Assembly: GCA_963708075.1 (NCBI GenBank)
Contig: OY970194.1
Coordinates: 7,264,001 to 7,328,000 of the forward strand
From: Sedimentisphaerales bacterium
Lineage (GTDB): Bacteria > Planctomycetota > Phycisphaerae > Sedimentisphaerales > Anaerobacaceae
DNA: 64,000 nt
Direction of reading: 5' to 3'
Program-made: the position numbers and the translations under genes
In this document: piece by piece, positions 50,135 through 60,781 of the stretch
Position numbering within the stretch: the stretch's first letter is position 1
Layout: every line of letters starts with the position of its first letter
Notes under the pieces: model-generated
The model's input: only the letters and a program-made list of their open reading frames with translations
Database searches by the model: none
What the model was told of the DNA's origin: nothing

Positions 50135-50731
50135 ATGCCCGACACGTGCGCCGAGATGCCTGCCTCGAGGATCAAACAAGTCCTGAACGTATTCCGCAAC
50201 TTTCTGGCATTCAGGATTCGCTACCCTTGGGTGAAGTACGGGCGTAACGTGCACTGCCAGTGGTCTGTCTTCTTCTGGTCGCCGCACCGGGATACCACTC
50301 TGGGCAATGACATTGGCATCGGCGTCAGGAGTGTCTTCCTGTGCGATCTGCAGATGGGAAACAAGGTCATGATTGCACCCCATGTCGCATTCATCAACAA
50401 GTACGATCATCGCTATGACGTGGTGGGACGCACCATGTGGGATTCGGGGCGGAGCGACAACTGCAAAGTGGTTGTCGGTGATGATGTCTGGATCGGGCAC
50501 GGCGCCATCATATTATCGCCGCTTCGCATAGGGCGGGGTGCGGTTATCGCCGCAGGAAGTGTGGTCACCCGCGATGTCCCACCCTACGCCATCGTGGCAG
50601 GGGTTCCCGCGAAAGTCGTCCGGATGCGGTTCACGCCTGAACAGATCGTTACTCACGAAAAGATCCTCGCCGAGCGAGATGCGTCGGGGGGCCAGACGAG
50701 CGTCGGCGAGGCCGCATGCGCAGAATATTGA
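50135..50731 (+). CDS. Hexapeptide-repeat O-acetyltransferase (CatB/WbbJ-like)
   Basis: VVVGDDVWIGHGAII..IGRGAVIAAGSVVTRDVPPYAIVAGVPAK. The start is uncertain. Confidence 0.87.
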   Translation: MPDTCAEMPASRIKQVLNVFRNFLAFRIRYPWVKYGRNVHCQWSVFFWSPHRDTTLGNDIGIGVRSVFLCDLQMGNKVMIAPHVAFINKYDHRYDVVGRTMWDSGRSDNCKVVVGDDVWIGHGAIILSPLRIGRGAVIAAGSVVTRDVPPYAIVAGVPAKVVRMRFTPEQIVTHEKILAERDASGGQTSVGEAACAEY

Positions 50732-50753
50732 GAGTCCTGGCAGGAGGCCAAAG

Positions 50754-51317
50754 ATGCCAAAGCAAACAGGCGAATGTCAGTCCACGCACGATAACCTGGT
50801 GGGATGCTCCGATCGACATCTCGTGCCGAGCCGCCTCATCGTGCTCGGCTGGTGCCTGAAACACCTCGGGCTCGCCAGGACCACGGGCATGGTGTGGTCC
50901 AAAATCTGCCGCGTGTGCCGTGGAGACAATGGACGCAGAGCCGGCGAGAAGCCGCAGAAAGGTGTTGTCCATTGCGAAGAAGAGCTGCGCCTGCAACCCG
51001 GCGAGCTTGTCGAAGTGAAGTCGGAATCTGAAATCCAGGAGTCTCTTGACGAGCACGGCCGGCACCGGGGCTTGTTGTGGATGCCCGGCATGGCCAGGTT
51101 TTGCGGGAAGAGGTACAGGGTGCACAAGAGGATCGAGACGATGATGCTGGAGGCCACCGGGGAATTGCGAAAAGTCAAAAACACGGTGCTGCTTGAGAAC
51201 GTGATGTGTGAGGATCTGTACGGATGTGACAGATCGTGTTTTCACTACTGGAGGGAAGCATGGCTGCGGCGAGTGCCTTCGGATCAGAGGACGGACGCGG
51301 GCCGGGGAGCCGACTGA
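50754..51317 (+). CDS. Cys-rich hypothetical protein
   Basis: AGGAGG RBS; LQPGELVEVKS..LDEHGRHRGL.WMPGM..FCGKRYRV..CEDLYGCDRSCFHYWREAWL. Confidence 0.75.
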   Translation: MPKQTGECQSTHDNLVGCSDRHLVPSRLIVLGWCLKHLGLARTTGMVWSKICRVCRGDNGRRAGEKPQKGVVHCEEELRLQPGELVEVKSESEIQESLDEHGRHRGLLWMPGMARFCGKRYRVHKRIETMMLEATGELRKVKNTVLLENVMCEDLYGCDRSCFHYWREAWLRRVPSDQRTDAGRGAD

Positions 51318-51437
51318 AGCATCACTGCACGCGTCTTGCGCTTGCACCGACCTTGTCCTTCGTCCTGATAAGTCAGCGACACACGGTGCCGTGTTTTTGC
51401 ACGGCTGCCATTTTGGAGAAGAGAGGGGGAGTGGCGT

Positions 51438-52463
51438 ATGTTCAAGAATAGAGTACTGCTGATCACCGGCGGCACCGGGACCTTTGGGAATGCCGTGCTG
51501 CGACGCTTCTTAGATACCGAGATCGAGCAAATTCGCATTTTCAGCCGTGATGAGAAGAAGCAGGAGGATATGCGCAACGCGCTGAAGAGCCCCAAAGTCA
51601 AATTCTATATCGGTGACGTGCGCAGCTACGGCAGTGTCGTGCCGGCGATGCAGGGTGTGGATTACGTCTTTCACGCTGCCGCACTCAAGCAGGTGCCGTC
51701 CTGTGAGTTCTTCCCCATCGAGGCGGTGCGGACCAACAGCCTGGGGGCCGAGAACGTGATGAATGCGGCCACAGCTTGTGGTGTTCAGAAACTGATCGTG
51801 CTCAGCACGGACAAAGCGGTCTATCCAATCAATGCCATGGGGCTGTCCAAGGCGATGATGGAGAAACTCATGGTCGCCAAGGCGAGGATGTACGGCCGTT
51901 CCAAGACGGTCTTCTGCGGCACTCGGTACGGAAACGTCATGGCCTCGCGCGGGTCGGTCATTCCGTTGTTTATCGATCAGATCCTGAGGGGGCAGCCACT
52001 GACCATCACTGACCCCGAGATGACCAGGTTCATGATGACCATCGACGATGCTGTGGATTTGGTGCTCTACGCATTCCAGCATGGCAATCCAGGCGACATC
52101 TTCGTGCAGAAGGCCCCGGCTGCAACCATCAAGACACTTGCCCTGGCTCTCGAGAAGCTATTCGATACAGAGAATGACATCCGTATCATCGGCACCCGGC
52201 ATGGCGAGAAGCAGAATGAGACGTTGCTGAATCGTGAAGAGATGGCCAAGGCCGAGGACATGGGGAATTACTTCCGCGTCCCGGCCGACATCCGCGATCT
52301 GAACTACGCCTGCTACTTCACCGAAGGGCAGACCGCCGTGTCCAGGATCGAGGACTACACTTCATACAACACGCGGCGCCTGGATGTCGATGAGATGGCT
52401 GAGCTGCTGCTCAAGCTCGACTGCGTTAACGAGGCCCTCGCCACATTGGAGCGGGTGCCATGA
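51438..52463 (+). CDS. fnlA: UDP-GlcNAc 4,6-dehydratase/5-epimerase (FnlA/WbjB/CapE)
   Basis: ITGGTGTFG, FSRDEKKQEDMR, HAAALKQVPSCEF, STDKAVYPINAMG, RYGNVMASRGSVIP. Confidence 0.92.
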   Translation: MFKNRVLLITGGTGTFGNAVLRRFLDTEIEQIRIFSRDEKKQEDMRNALKSPKVKFYIGDVRSYGSVVPAMQGVDYVFHAAALKQVPSCEFFPIEAVRTNSLGAENVMNAATACGVQKLIVLSTDKAVYPINAMGLSKAMMEKLMVAKARMYGRSKTVFCGTRYGNVMASRGSVIPLFIDQILRGQPLTITDPEMTRFMMTIDDAVDLVLYAFQHGNPGDIFVQKAPAATIKTLALALEKLFDTENDIRIIGTRHGEKQNETLLNREEMAKAEDMGNYFRVPADIRDLNYACYFTEGQTAVSRIEDYTSYNTRRLDVDEMAELLLKLDCVNEALATLERVP

Positions 52464-53608
52464 AGAAGATTCTGATTACCGGGGCGAGGGGGTTCATCGG
52501 TCGCAACCTTGCCGCGCGCCTGACGCAGGCGGACGATCTCATGGTGTTCCCCTATGACCTGGAAAACGAGCCGGCCGAGCTCACGACGTGGCTGGGCCAG
52601 GCGGACGTGGTGTTGCACCTCGCGGGGATCAACCGCCCCCGGAGCGTCGAGGAGTATGAGGCGGGGAATGCCGGCTTCACAGAGGAAATCTGCCAGATCC
52701 TGCGTCGGCTCGGGCGTACGCCGAAGATCGTCATGTCCTCTTCGATTCAGGCGGAGCAGGACAACCCCTACGGCACGAGCAAACGACGGGCCGAAGAGAG
52801 CCTGAAGGCCTTTTCACGGGAGACAGGCGCTCCCGTCTCCATCTACCGGTTGAAGAACGTGTTTGGAAAATGGTGCCGGCCCAACTACAACTCGGTCGCC
52901 GCCACCTTCTGCCACAATATCGCGCACGACCTGCCCATCTCCATCTCCGATCCCGCGCGGGAAATCGAGTTGATCTACGTTGACGACGTCGTGGAGCGGT
53001 TCCTGGAAGAGTTGCACGATCCATCCGCGCCGGGGACCTTCTATGCCCCCGACGCCATCCCGAGCACCCGGATCACGCTCGGCGATCTCGCCGGACGCAT
53101 TCAGGCCTTCCACGAGATGAAGAGCAGTCTCGTGATCCCGGATTTCTCAGAACGGTTCAATCGCTGTCTATATGCCACGTATCTGTCCTATGTGGAAGCG
53201 GCTTCGCTGGAATATGGGCTCGACATCAAGGCCGACACGCGAGGCACCCTGGCGGAATTCATCAAGTCTCGCCATTTCGGCCAGATATTCCTGTCGCGCA
53301 CGCATCCGGGCGTCACGCGTGGCAATCACTATCATCACACTAAGACCGAGAAGTTCCTGGTCATTGCCGGTGAGGGATTGATCCGGATGCGTCACGTCGA
53401 AGGGGATGACCTGGTTGAGCACCGCGTTCGCGGTGACGAGTATCGCGTAATCGATATTCCGCCGGGGCACACGCACTCCATCACGAACACAGGCGCGGAG
53501 GAAATGATCACCCTGTTCTGGGCGAGTGAAATCTTCGATCCGGATCACCCCGACACTTACTACCTGGAGGTGGATCGCCCCGTTCAGGCCGTGGAGGAGA
53601 GAACATGA
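52460..53608 (+). CDS. fnlB: SDR reductase with C-terminal cupin (FnlB/WbjC/CapF)
   Basis: [52 protein letters not shown]. Confidence 0.9.
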   Translation: MKKILITGARGFIGRNLAARLTQADDLMVFPYDLENEPAELTTWLGQADVVLHLAGINRPRSVEEYEAGNAGFTEEICQILRRLGRTPKIVMSSSIQAEQDNPYGTSKRRAEESLKAFSRETGAPVSIYRLKNVFGKWCRPNYNSVAATFCHNIAHDLPISISDPAREIELIYVDDVVERFLEELHDPSAPGTFYAPDAIPSTRITLGDLAGRIQAFHEMKSSLVIPDFSERFNRCLYATYLSYVEAASLEYGLDIKADTRGTLAEFIKSRHFGQIFLSRTHPGVTRGNHYHHTKTEKFLVIAGEGLIRMRHVEGDDLVEHRVRGDEYRVIDIPPGHTHSITNTGAEEMITLFWASEIFDPDHPDTYYLEVDRPVQAVEERT

Positions 53609-54813
53609 AGGTTGCCACTATTGTGGGTACGCGGCCGGAGATCATCCGGCTGTCACGGGTGATGGCGGCGCTGGATCGTCACGTCGAGCACGTCATCATT
53701 CATACGGGCCAGAACTACGACTATGAGCTCAACCAGGTCTTCTTCGAGGATTTGGAGCTTCGCGAGCCCGACTACTTCCTCGATGCCGCGGGGCAAAACG
53801 CGGCGGAGACAATCGGGCGTGTCATCTGCCGCTGCGATGAAGCTCTGGCCGAGATTTGTCCGGATGCGGTATTGATCCTGGGCGATACGAACAGTTGCCT
53901 GTCCGCGATTTCGGCCAAGCGCCGCAAAATCCCGGTCTTCCACATGGAGGCCGGCAATCGATGCTTCGATCAGCGTGTGCCTGAAGAGATCAACCGCAAG
54001 ATCGTCGACCATATCAGCGACGTGAACATGCCGTACAGCTCGATCTCGCGGGAATACCTGCTGCGCGAAGGGCTCCCGCCCGACCGCGTGATCAAGACCG
54101 GCAGCCCCATGTATGAGGTGCTGCACTACTATCGGGCGAAGATCGAAGAGTCGGATGTGCTGAAGCGGTTGGGATTGAAGGATCAGGACTACTTCGTCGT
54201 CAGCTCTCATCGCGAGGAGAACATCGATTCTCCCGAGCAGTTCACCAAGCTGGTGAACCTGCTCCATGCCATCACGAAGCGCTACGGCCGGCGAATCATC
54301 GTCTCGACTCATCCACGGACCCGTAAGAAGATCAGCATCATGGGCGTTACACTGCCGCCCGAGGTCGAGCTGCTCAAACCCTTGGGATTTTGCGATTATG
54401 TGCACCTGCAGTTGCACGCCAGGGCGACCCTTTCCGACAGCGGCACAATTACCGAGGAATCCTCGATCCTGAACTTCCCGGCCCTCAACATCCGCAACGC
54501 CCACGAGCGCCCCGAGGGGATGGAAGAAGGGGCGGTGATGATGACGGGGTTGGAGTTGGACAGGGTCATGGAAGGGTTGAAGGTACTGGAAACGCAGGAG
54601 CGAGGTGAGAGGCGTACTCTGAGGATGGTCAGTGATTACGATGTGCCGCAGGTCTCAGAAAAGGTCGTGCGCATCATCCTGAGCTACACGAACTACATCC
54701 ATCGGGTGGTCTGGTATGGGACGCCGGCTTCCACAGAGGCGGCGCCCGGCCCTTGTGACGATTCAGAGGAGTCGATAGATGGCGTCAAACGAACCGCGGC
54801 CCCGGCTTATTGA
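53605..54813 (+). CDS. fnlC: Non-hydrolysing UDP-sugar 2-epimerase (FnlC/WbjD/CapG)
   Basis: [50 protein letters not shown]. Confidence 0.9.
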   Translation: MKVATIVGTRPEIIRLSRVMAALDRHVEHVIIHTGQNYDYELNQVFFEDLELREPDYFLDAAGQNAAETIGRVICRCDEALAEICPDAVLILGDTNSCLSAISAKRRKIPVFHMEAGNRCFDQRVPEEINRKIVDHISDVNMPYSSISREYLLREGLPPDRVIKTGSPMYEVLHYYRAKIEESDVLKRLGLKDQDYFVVSSHREENIDSPEQFTKLVNLLHAITKRYGRRIIVSTHPRTRKKISIMGVTLPPEVELLKPLGFCDYVHLQLHARATLSDSGTITEESSILNFPALNIRNAHERPEGMEEGAVMMTGLELDRVMEGLKVLETQERGERRTLRMVSDYDVPQVSEKVVRIILSYTNYIHRVVWYGTPASTEAAPGPCDDSEESIDGVKRTAAPAY

Positions 54814-55222
54814 GGGAGGCCTGCACGTGGATGGTCGAGGTACCGTCGCCTTCGTCAATGACTTCGATTTCAAAGGAGTGGACCGATTCTATACGGTTCG
54901 CTGGCATCGCAGCCACGAGCCTCGCGGTTGGGTCGGCCACCGGCGTGAACAGAAATGGTTTCTGGCGGTTCAGGGAACATCGCTGATCGCTGTGGTGAAA
55001 CCCGATCGATGGGAATCGCCTGCGAACGATCTCCCCGTGGAACGGTTTGTGCTCTCGGCGGCGAGGCCGCAAGTGCTCCACGTGCCTCCCGGCTATGCGA
55101 CAGCAAGTGCCAATCTGAGCCCGGATGTTATCCTGATGATCTTTTCCTCGGGGAGAATCGAGGATGCAAAGACCGACGACCACCGCTTTGCGGTCGATAC
55201 CTGGCCTGTGATCGAGCCATAG
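54779..55222 (+). CDS. Cupin sugar-nucleotide epimerase/isomerase (WxcM/RmlC-like)
   Basis: [40 protein letters not shown]. Confidence 0.8.
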   Translation: MASNEPRPRLIEGGLHVDGRGTVAFVNDFDFKGVDRFYTVRWHRSHEPRGWVGHRREQKWFLAVQGTSLIAVVKPDRWESPANDLPVERFVLSAARPQVLHVPPGYATASANLSPDVILMIFSSGRIEDAKTDDHRFAVDTWPVIEP

Positions 55223-55235
55223 TGAGTGCCTGCCA

Positions 55236-56522
55236 ATGCGAATCCTCCTGATTACCAACCTGTTCCAACCGGAGCCCAGTCACCTGAAAGGCCTGGCGTA
55301 CGCGAAGGAGCTGCAGCGACGTGGGCACGACGTTCACGTCCTGACCGGATTTCCAAACTACCCCGGCGGAAAACTCTACCCCGGATATCGAATGCGATGG
55401 ACGATGCAGGAGACCTTGGACGGGGTCCCCGTAACACGAGTGGCCATGTATCCAAGCCACGACGGGTCCGCCATCCGGCGCAGCCTGAACTACATTTCCA
55501 TCGGGATCTCTCTGGCGATCCATGTTCTGGGGATGAAAAGACGGTTTGACGTCAGTCACGTCTGCATGGGGCCGATCACTCTGATGTGGCCGGCTCAAGT
55601 GTTGCGAAGGGTGCAAGGGACCAAGGTCGTCGCCGATGTTCAGGATATCTGGCCGGAGAGTGTAGCGGACTCCGGCATGCTCAAATCAGGATTGGCATTG
55701 AGGATTCTGAAGATGATATGCCTGCGGGCCTACAGAACGGCTGATCGTATCATCGTGTTGTCGCAGGGCTACAAGCAACTGCTGTCCAATCGCGGAATCG
55801 ATCCCGGCCGGGTCGATGTGGTGTACAACTGGTGCGACGAATCCCAATCCGCCGCGCCGGCCACCGAGGATATCTCATCAAGCATCCTGGACGCGAATAC
55901 ATTCAATGTGGTTTATGCAGGGAACCTGGGCAAGTTGCAGGGACCGGACACGATCCTCGATGCGGCACAGTCCCTGGCGGCAACAGGTTGCTCCGCAAGG
56001 TTCGTTCTGATCGGCGGCGGCGTCGAGTTTGAGAGAATCTGCCGCCGGATTCAGGATGAGCGAATCGCCAATGTCATTCTGATGCCCCGTATGCCATTGG
56101 AGCAAGTGAATCGAATTCTCGACCGGGCGGACCTCCTCTTGATTCATTTGATCAGAAGCGGGCTGTCGAGCATTGCCATTCCTCAAAAGCTTCAGGCTTA
56201 TTTGTCCATAGGTCGGCCCATTCTGCTGGCGGCGGAAGGCGATGTACTGGATCTGTTCAAACGGGCAGGGGCAGGTCCCGCCTGCGAACCTGAGAATCCC
56301 GAAGCTATGGCGGCAGCCATCCTGCGGTTCATGAAGCTGGATGTTGCCCGGCGAGAGGAACTGGGCCGGCGCGGTCAACAGTTCTATCGCGATGCCCTGA
56401 ACTTCCGAAAGGGCGTTGAACACATCGAGCGAATTCATTCGCAGGCGACAGAAGAACGGAAGACTCCTCGCACCGGTGAAGAAGAACACCGGGCGGCCGG
56501 GGAATGTGTCGGTAAATCGTGA
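55236..56522 (+). CDS. Glycosyltransferase family 4 (WbuB/WbjE-like, probable L-FucNAc transferase)
   Basis: GHDVHVLTGFPNYPGG, VQDIWPES, YAGNLGKLQG, IPQKLQAY; follows fnlABC. Confidence 0.87.
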   Translation: MRILLITNLFQPEPSHLKGLAYAKELQRRGHDVHVLTGFPNYPGGKLYPGYRMRWTMQETLDGVPVTRVAMYPSHDGSAIRRSLNYISIGISLAIHVLGMKRRFDVSHVCMGPITLMWPAQVLRRVQGTKVVADVQDIWPESVADSGMLKSGLALRILKMICLRAYRTADRIIVLSQGYKQLLSNRGIDPGRVDVVYNWCDESQSAAPATEDISSSILDANTFNVVYAGNLGKLQGPDTILDAAQSLAATGCSARFVLIGGGVEFERICRRIQDERIANVILMPRMPLEQVNRILDRADLLLIHLIRSGLSSIAIPQKLQAYLSIGRPILLAAEGDVLDLFKRAGAGPACEPENPEAMAAAILRFMKLDVARREELGRRGQQFYRDALNFRKGVEHIERIHSQATEERKTPRTGEEEHRAAGECVGKS

Positions 56523-56568
56523 TTCGTAGAGACAACCAATGATTCTGCTTGGATGAGGGTGTTCCGCG

Positions 56569-57174
56569 ATGCCGGTCATATACCGTCATGCTACGCCTGA
56601 AGATATTGACGCCATTGTGCGCCTTCATACTGTCGCATTTCCCGGGTTCTTTCTCACGTCCCTGGGCGGCAGTTTCCTGCGACTGCTCTATGGGGCATTC
56701 GTGGATATAGACGGCGGCATTTGTATTGTCGCGCAGGATGGCGACTGTATGCAGGGCGTCGTAGTGGGCGCAGCGGATCCGGCTTCGTTCTTCACCGCGT
56801 TGCGGCGGAGGAGGGGGGTTCTCTTTGCACTGGCAGCGACGCCCGGACTGCTCCGAAACCCATTGCTCGTCGTGCGCAAATGTGCGTGGGCTCTCTTCTA
56901 TCGCGGTGAACAACCTGCCGCTCTATCCGGGGCAGGATTGCTGAGCAGCGTGGCCGTCTCACCCGAGATGTCCAGCAAGGGGATCGGTCAGAAACTGGTG
57001 GATACCTTCTGTGAAGAGCTTCGCCGTCACAATGCAGAGTACGTGTACCTGATTACGGACGAGACGGATAACGAGCGAGTGAACAGGTTCTATCGCAAGT
57101 GCGGATTCCATCTTGTGGATACGTTCGAGCGATTTGAGAAACGCCGTATGAACAGATGGGCCAAGAGCATATGA
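56569..57174 (+). CDS. GNAT family N-acetyltransferase
   Basis: LH..AFPGFFLTSLG, LSSVAVSP...KGIG..L, VNRFYRKCGF. Confidence 0.85.
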   Translation: MPVIYRHATPEDIDAIVRLHTVAFPGFFLTSLGGSFLRLLYGAFVDIDGGICIVAQDGDCMQGVVVGAADPASFFTALRRRRGVLFALAATPGLLRNPLLVVRKCAWALFYRGEQPAALSGAGLLSSVAVSPEMSSKGIGQKLVDTFCEELRRHNAEYVYLITDETDNERVNRFYRKCGFHLVDTFERFEKRRMNRWAKSI

Positions 57175-57264
57175 CGGACCAGCCTCTGAATGCTTCTGGC
57201 CGGTACTCTCTTTCGCTCATTGCCAACTGTGGACGTCAGATGCTGGATTAAGGCGGACGAGATC

Positions 57265-58254
57265 ATGAACAGCGAAGTTTTCATCGATTGGATCAAACGC
57301 CAGGGGTACCACGTGGTCAGCACGACCACTTCGTACTGGTACGAGATCATGCCTCACACCTATCAGGCTGTTCCCTACCACCGTCTCATCACTCCGTCAG
57401 ATGCCGAGTTCCATCAACTGCTTCACATGGAGCGGGCTGCGGCCCTCCGATACTCCACCGCCATAGAGGCAGACGAAGGGAAAGTCAGCTATCACGTAAT
57501 CAACCAGGATAAGACATACGATATCGCTCAACTGAGCAAGAGCACTCGTTACGACGTGCGCAAGGGTCTGAGGCACGCAGGGGTGGAGCCGGTGTCATTG
57601 GCGCGGTTGGTCTCCGAGGGATGGGCTTTGCGGCAGGAGACCCTGGCGCGGCAGGGCCGCTCCGGTGCGGAAACTGCGGCATGGTGGGAGCGCCTGTGCA
57701 AGAGTGCAGAAGGATTGCCCGGCTTTGAAGCATGGGGAGCCGTGCGCGGTGGGAAGATGATGGCATCGATCCTCACTCTCATCATGGAGGATTGCTGCGT
57801 CGGCCTGTACCAGCAGTGCTGTGCGGAGGCACTGACCACGTGTGTCAACAATGCGCTGACGTATTCCTTCACAAAAGAAGTGCTGAGCCGCCCCGGCATA
57901 AATCAGGTGTTCTACGGCCTGCATTCTCTCGATGCAGATGAAAAGCTGGACAAGTTCAAGTTTCGCATGGGGTATGTGGCGAAACCAATTCGTCAGCGGA
58001 TTGTCGTCAACCGCTGGATGCGCGGGCTCCTGAACGGCGTGAGCCATCGCGTCCTGAAGGTCGCCCTGCACCGATGGCCCGACCACCCGACGATCGCAAA
58101 GGCCGAAGGGATGGCTCGCTTCTACCTGGAAGGGAAAAAGCCTCTGGCACAGCAGGTCTGGCCGGACTGTCTTAAGGACCTCCAGGCCGAGCTGCTGGGT
58201 CCTCAGGAACGAGTCCTGTGCCCAACGCGGCCCGACAGTGGTTCGGCCGGGTGA
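57265..58254 (+). CDS. Hypothetical GNAT/FemAB-fold-like protein
   Basis: LSKSTRYDVRKGL, NNALTY, LDKFKFRMGY resemble FemABX/GNAT-like family motifs. Confidence 0.6.
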   Translation: MNSEVFIDWIKRQGYHVVSTTTSYWYEIMPHTYQAVPYHRLITPSDAEFHQLLHMERAAALRYSTAIEADEGKVSYHVINQDKTYDIAQLSKSTRYDVRKGLRHAGVEPVSLARLVSEGWALRQETLARQGRSGAETAAWWERLCKSAEGLPGFEAWGAVRGGKMMASILTLIMEDCCVGLYQQCCAEALTTCVNNALTYSFTKEVLSRPGINQVFYGLHSLDADEKLDKFKFRMGYVAKPIRQRIVVNRWMRGLLNGVSHRVLKVALHRWPDHPTIAKAEGMARFYLEGKKPLAQQVWPDCLKDLQAELLGPQERVLCPTRPDSGSAG

Positions 58255-58293
58255 TCCTCGATTCGCGGACAATCAAGAAATGGAGTGAGCGGC

Positions 58294-59468
58294 ATGGTAA
58301 ACGCGACAGCAACTTCTGAGAAGGTCGACTGGAAGGTACAACTGTTCGAACTCAACTACGACCACCAGGAAGTCGAAGCGGCGACGGACGTGATTGAGAG
58401 CGGCTGGATTACGATGGGCGAAAAGACCATGTCGTTCGAGGAGTCTTTTGCCGAGTTTCTCGGTCAAGGCGCTTACTGCACCGCCACTTCAAGCGGGACG
58501 GCAGCCCTGCACATGGCGTTGCTGGCCGCGGGCATCGGGCCAGGCGACGAGGTCATTGTTCCATCACTCACGTTTGTGGCTGACATCAATGTTGTGCGGC
58601 TCGTCGGTGCATCGCCTGTGCTCGTGGACTGCACTTCCTATGACGACTGGAATATCTCGCCCGAAGGAATTGCCGCCGCAGTGACGCCTCGCACCAAGGC
58701 AATTCTCGTCGTGCACTATGCCGGATACGTCTGTGATATGGACGCCATTGAGGCAGCAATCCACGAGGCATCGGACGGCAGAGCGATCTACCTCATCGAA
58801 GATGCCGCCCACGCCCCGGGCGCCGATCACGGGGGCCGAGCCTGTGGGACCATCGGGCACGTGGGATGTTTCAGTTTCTTCACGAACAAGAACCTGTCCG
58901 TGGGCGAAGGGGGGATGTTCGTAACACGGTCCAAGGAACTGCATGAGAAAGGCAGATACCTGCGCTCCCATGGCATGACGGCATTGACGCTGGACCGGCA
59001 CAAGGGGAGGAGTACCTCCTATGATGTTATCCTGCCGGGACTCAACTATCGGATGGATGAGATCAGGGCGGCAATCGGCCTCGTTCAGCTTGCGAAATTG
59101 CCTGAGGCAAATCGCCGGAGGATGCAGCTTGTGGAATACTATCGAGCGCTTCGCGCAGTACGCCCGGGCTCCATGTGCCGTTCCATAACCACACGCTGGG
59201 CAAGCCGAGTTATCACATCTTCCCCATTCTCCTGGACAAGGCCATTGATCGTGCGGAGGTTATAGCCGGACTCAAGGAGCACGGCATACAGTCCAGCATT
59301 CATTATCCTCCGTTTCAAGGATTCACGGCCTACAGCAGTGCGGGGCTTTCGCCGACGCCCATCGCAACGGATGTGTCGCATCGGGAACTAACCTTGCCTC
59401 TGTTTCCAACGATGACTTTTGCCCAGGTCGAGCTTGTTTGTTCGACGTTGCAGAGACTCCTCGATTGA
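58294..59468 (+). CDS. DegT/DnrJ/EryC1/StrS sugar aminotransferase, with a 1-nt deletion at about 59145-59158
   Basis: SGWITMG, SSGTAALH, IEDAAHA, FSFFTNKNLSVGEGG, NYRMDE; after the shift SYHIFPIL, GIQSSIHYPP, LTLPLFP. Confidence 0.88.
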
Positions 59469-59567
59469 TGAGGCGCTGCCGACAGGCATACCGGGCACGT
59501 CCCGATGTGCCTGGGCGAGAGTCTCCTTGCACCATATATCAGCCATGACATCTGCATAGGTAGACGG

Positions 59568-60758
59568 ATGGATAATCTTCTACATTTGATCGGCAGGGCC
59601 GAACCGCTGTTTGCAGACGATATCGAGGCGTGGCAATTCAGCCTTTCTGCGCAGATTCAGGATAGTTCTTTCCTGATCATTGGCGGCGCCGGATCCATCG
59701 GGCAGGCGGTCGTCAAGGAGCTTTTCCAACGCAAACCAAAACATCTGCTTGTGGTGGATATCAGCGAGAACAATCTGGTGGAACTCGTACGCGACCTGCG
59801 GAGCTCGCTCGGTTACATCGAAGGGGACTTTCGTACGTTTGTACTGGATACTGGTTCCTGCGAGTTCGATGCGTTCCTCTCGCATGAAGGCCCGTTCGAT
59901 TACATTCTCAATCTCTCCGCTCTCAAGCACGTCCGGAGCGAGCGCGACCCATACACGCTCATGCGTATGATCGTCGTGAATGTTCTCAACACGAACAAGA
60001 TCTTCAGCCGGGCCATCGAGAGAGGGATGCGCAAATTCTTTTGCGTATCCACAGACAAGGCGACCAACCCTGTCAACGTGATGGGCGCCTCCAAACGCAT
60101 GATGGAGATGTACCTGATGCAATGGAGCCGGCACGTTCCCGTCTCCACGGTGCGCTTTGCGAATGTCGCCTTTTCCGACGGCAGCCTCCTGCATGGCTTC
60201 GCTCAGCGAATCGTCAAGCGACAACCCTTATCTGCCCCGTTTGACGTGAAGCGGTATTTCATCACGTCCCAGGAGGCGGGAGAGTTATGTGTCATGTCCT
60301 GCCTGTTGGGCGAAAACCGGGATATCTTCTTCCCCAAGCTCAGCGACAAGCTTCACCTGGTTACCTTCGCGGACATCGCTCGCAGGTTCCTGCACAGCCA
60401 GGGCTATGAGCCCTGCGAGTGCGCCACGGAGGATGAGGCGCGTGCCAGAGTCCACGAACTCACCGGAAGTGGAAAGTGGCCCTGCTACTTCTTTCGAAGC
60501 GACACGACGGGCGAGAAGGACTTCGAGGAATTCACCACAAGCCGGGACGTGGTGGACCTGAACCGATTCAAAGGCATCGGCGTCATCAAGAACCCGCCCC
60601 CGTCCACCGAATTCCGGCTGGAGGAGTTCTCGGCAGAGATCGACAGAATGCGCTCCACAGGAGAATGGACGAAGCAGGCGATTGTCGATCTGTTCCGGGA
60701 ATCCGTCCCCGAGTTCTCCCACATGGAGATGCACAAGAACCTGGACAACCGAATGTAG
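59568..60758 (+). CDS. UDP-N-acetylglucosamine 4,6-dehydratase (short PglF/CapD-like)
   Basis: IGGAGSIG, DISENNLVELVRD, LSALKHVRSE, STDKATNPVNVMGASKR, RFANVAFSDGSL. Confidence 0.87.
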   Translation: MDNLLHLIGRAEPLFADDIEAWQFSLSAQIQDSSFLIIGGAGSIGQAVVKELFQRKPKHLLVVDISENNLVELVRDLRSSLGYIEGDFRTFVLDTGSCEFDAFLSHEGPFDYILNLSALKHVRSERDPYTLMRMIVVNVLNTNKIFSRAIERGMRKFFCVSTDKATNPVNVMGASKRMMEMYLMQWSRHVPVSTVRFANVAFSDGSLLHGFAQRIVKRQPLSAPFDVKRYFITSQEAGELCVMSCLLGENRDIFFPKLSDKLHLVTFADIARRFLHSQGYEPCECATEDEARARVHELTGSGKWPCYFFRSDTTGEKDFEEFTTSRDVVDLNRFKGIGVIKNPPPSTEFRLEEFSAEIDRMRSTGEWTKQAIVDLFRESVPEFSHMEMHKNLDNRM

Positions 60759-60781
60759 CGGAGAATCGAAGGAGCGAGACA

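Noticed and set aside
54715..54813. FnlC C-terminal extension overlapping the next gene by 35 nt
   Set aside because: Probably a lost stop codon or small indel; no sign of function.
36880..59160. Genuine pseudogenisation of the polysaccharide locus (wzc, ligase, DegT)
   Set aside because: Only single-base indels, with no nonsense codons or motif decay; artefact is more likely until the reads are checked.
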